A DNA stretch of 64,000 bases from Gammaproteobacteria bacterium (GTDB taxonomy: Bacteria > Pseudomonadota > Gammaproteobacteria > GCA-001735895): the NCBI GenBank assembly GCA_050298595.1, contig JBNKUM010000075.1, positions 29,597 through 93,596 of the forward strand, in the 5' to 3' direction. The translations under genes and the position numbers were made by a program. This document shows, one piece after another, positions 62,646 through 64,000 of the stretch. How positions within the stretch are numbered: position 1 is the stretch's first letter; every line of letters starts with the position of its first letter. The notes under the pieces are model-generated. The model searched no databases and was not told the DNA's origin. It saw only the letters and a program-made list of their open reading frames with translations.

Positions 62646-63536
62646 ATGAAAAATCTAGAGAGACTAAGATTAATAAATCAAATCGCGGTTACCCTTCAAG
62701 AGGGGTATTCAACCAGCCAGATCAATGTATTTTTGGCTGGATTTGGAATTCCTAATTCTGGCGAACAAATTGTTCCATCTAAACGAGTGCACGTTGAAAA
62801 TAAGCTTTCAAACGAACCAGAATCAGTGATAATCAAAATTGCAAAAGAGCTGGAAATACCACTAGATCTAAAGATAGATCAGACTCATGAATCAATATCT
62901 CTTAAAGAAAACATTGTTTCTGCTCTCGAATCGAGTGACTTTTCTATCATCGATTTAATTCTAGATGAATACAATACGCCAAAGCATAGCCACTATGATT
63001 TTGATAATGCTAAGGAATACATCCTTTTCAAAATTAATGAATTATCGATAGATAAATTATATTCAATAAATGAATACCTAAATAAAAGAAAGAAAACGCA
63101 TGACAATCCCAAGCTATGGGGTAAATGCGCTCTGAGAGTATTTATTAGCCACCTATCAAAGGATAAACAGAAAGCAAAGGCCCTAGCTAAAGAGCTTAAA
63201 AATTACAATGCATCTGGATTTGTTGCGCATATTGATATTAAACCAAATGATGAGTGGCTAAAAACTATAGAGTCAGCTCTAGAGTCAATGGATGTTCTTC
63301 TTGCGCTAGTCACAGAGGGTTTTAAAGAAAGTGACTGGACGGTGCAAGAAATTGGCTTTGCCTTAGGAAAGGGTGTTCCGGTAGTTGCAATTCGAAATGG
63401 AATGGATCCCTTCGGATTTTTCGGGAAACGGCAGGCAATACCAGGAAACGGGCGCTATCCTAAAGATATTATTAATGACTTTATTTTAATAGCAAATGAA
63501 AAACTAGGTACCCACTTGAAACATGGGCCCGTATAA
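62646..63536 (+). CDS. Integron cassette 2: TIR-domain protein
   Basis: RVFISH..DK..A, FVAH.DI, ES.WT.QEIGFA (putative catalytic Glu); stop codon overlaps the attC2 inverse core. Confidence 0.85.
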   Translation: MKNLERLRLINQIAVTLQEGYSTSQINVFLAGFGIPNSGEQIVPSKRVHVENKLSNEPESVIIKIAKELEIPLDLKIDQTHESISLKENIVSALESSDFSIIDLILDEYNTPKHSHYDFDNAKEYILFKINELSIDKLYSINEYLNKRKKTHDNPKLWGKCALRVFISHLSKDKQKAKALAKELKNYNASGFVAHIDIKPNDEWLKTIESALESMDVLLALVTEGFKESDWTVQEIGFALGKGVPVVAIRNGMDPFGFFGKRQAIPGNGRYPKDIINDFILIANEKLGTHLKHGPV

Positions 63537-63600
63537 CAATGCGCTCGTGTGGGATGCTGCGCCGCGTTGCGGCTTGCACCCCCCAGCTTAAACGTTATGT
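63531..63600 (+). other. attC2
   Basis: GTATAAC ... palindromic stem ... aaacGTTATGT; GTATAAC complements the reconstructed GTTATAC. Confidence 0.9.
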
Positions 63601-63609
63601 AACAAAAAA

Positions 63610-64000
63610 ATGTTTTGGCTACTTTTTATATCTGCAACCTTGATGGTCATTTACTCCCTATTCAATATATACATAGGGTACAGTTCTGTTCACTGGCCGT
63701 ATGTGGTTGGGTTGGTAAAGCATTCGTGTGTACAAATTAGAGTAAATAAGGCATCGAGTTCTAAGAATAAGCACTACCACCCCACGGTGGTTTATGAATA
63801 TGAAGTGGAAAGTAAAAAATATACCAATAATAAAGTTGGCAACTTTCTAGGATTCGGAAACGACGAAGAGTTTGCAAATCAACTAATAAGCCGATACCCG
63901 GAGGGTGGTAAAGTTAAAGTTTACTATTGGCCAGTGTTTCCCAAAGTATCGTTTTTGTCCCCGGGGATGAAGCAGGCATTAGCCAGTTATATATTTCTGC
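63610..64000 (+). CDS. Integron cassette 3 (partial): DUF3592-like membrane protein
   Basis: MFWLLF..SVHWPYVVG..YHPTVVYEYEV..KY..YPEGGKVKVYY; open to window end. Confidence 0.7.
   Translation, partial: MFWLLFISATLMVIYSLFNIYIGYSSVHWPYVVGLVKHSCVQIRVNKASSSKNKHYHPTVVYEYEVESKKYTNNKVGNFLGFGNDEEFANQLISRYPEGGKVKVYYWPVFPKVSFLSPGMKQALASYIFL

Overview
A gammaproteobacterial chromosome segment from a diazotroph. (1) 1-28 kb is mostly housekeeping and nitrogen assimilation: partial type II glutamine synthetase, Ser/Thr kinase, preQ1 riboswitch-yhhQ, comM, ubiK, NtrC/sigma54-type glnK-amtB, typA, fadE/fadD, tmcA, bioA and a beta-carbonic anhydrase. It also holds a small island with a dead RAYT transposase and an AT-rich diguanylate cyclase. 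(2) 28-42.7 kb is a decaying accessory region: a sugar-locus remnant around ribBX and an array of paralogous hybrid histidine kinases with deleted solute-binding genes. (3) 42.9-58 kb is an intact minor nif cluster: rnfABCDGEH divergent from nifLA, then nifB-fdxN-orf-nifO-fprA-fdx-feSII-like-nifQ-draG, with clear sigma54 promoters and NifA UASs. (4) 58.2-64 kb is an integron with an inactivated intI and at least three cassettes, one encoding a TIR-domain protein. Two observations stand out. First, a group IIC intron sits in the top-strand GT|T core of attC1, co-oriented with the cassettes, and its putative EBS1 matches that site. Second, a family of 48/49-bp two-hairpin mini-elements has inserted precisely into the intron RNA, into the RT gene and into each other. 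All calls come from manual reading and remembered family motifs; no database searches were run.
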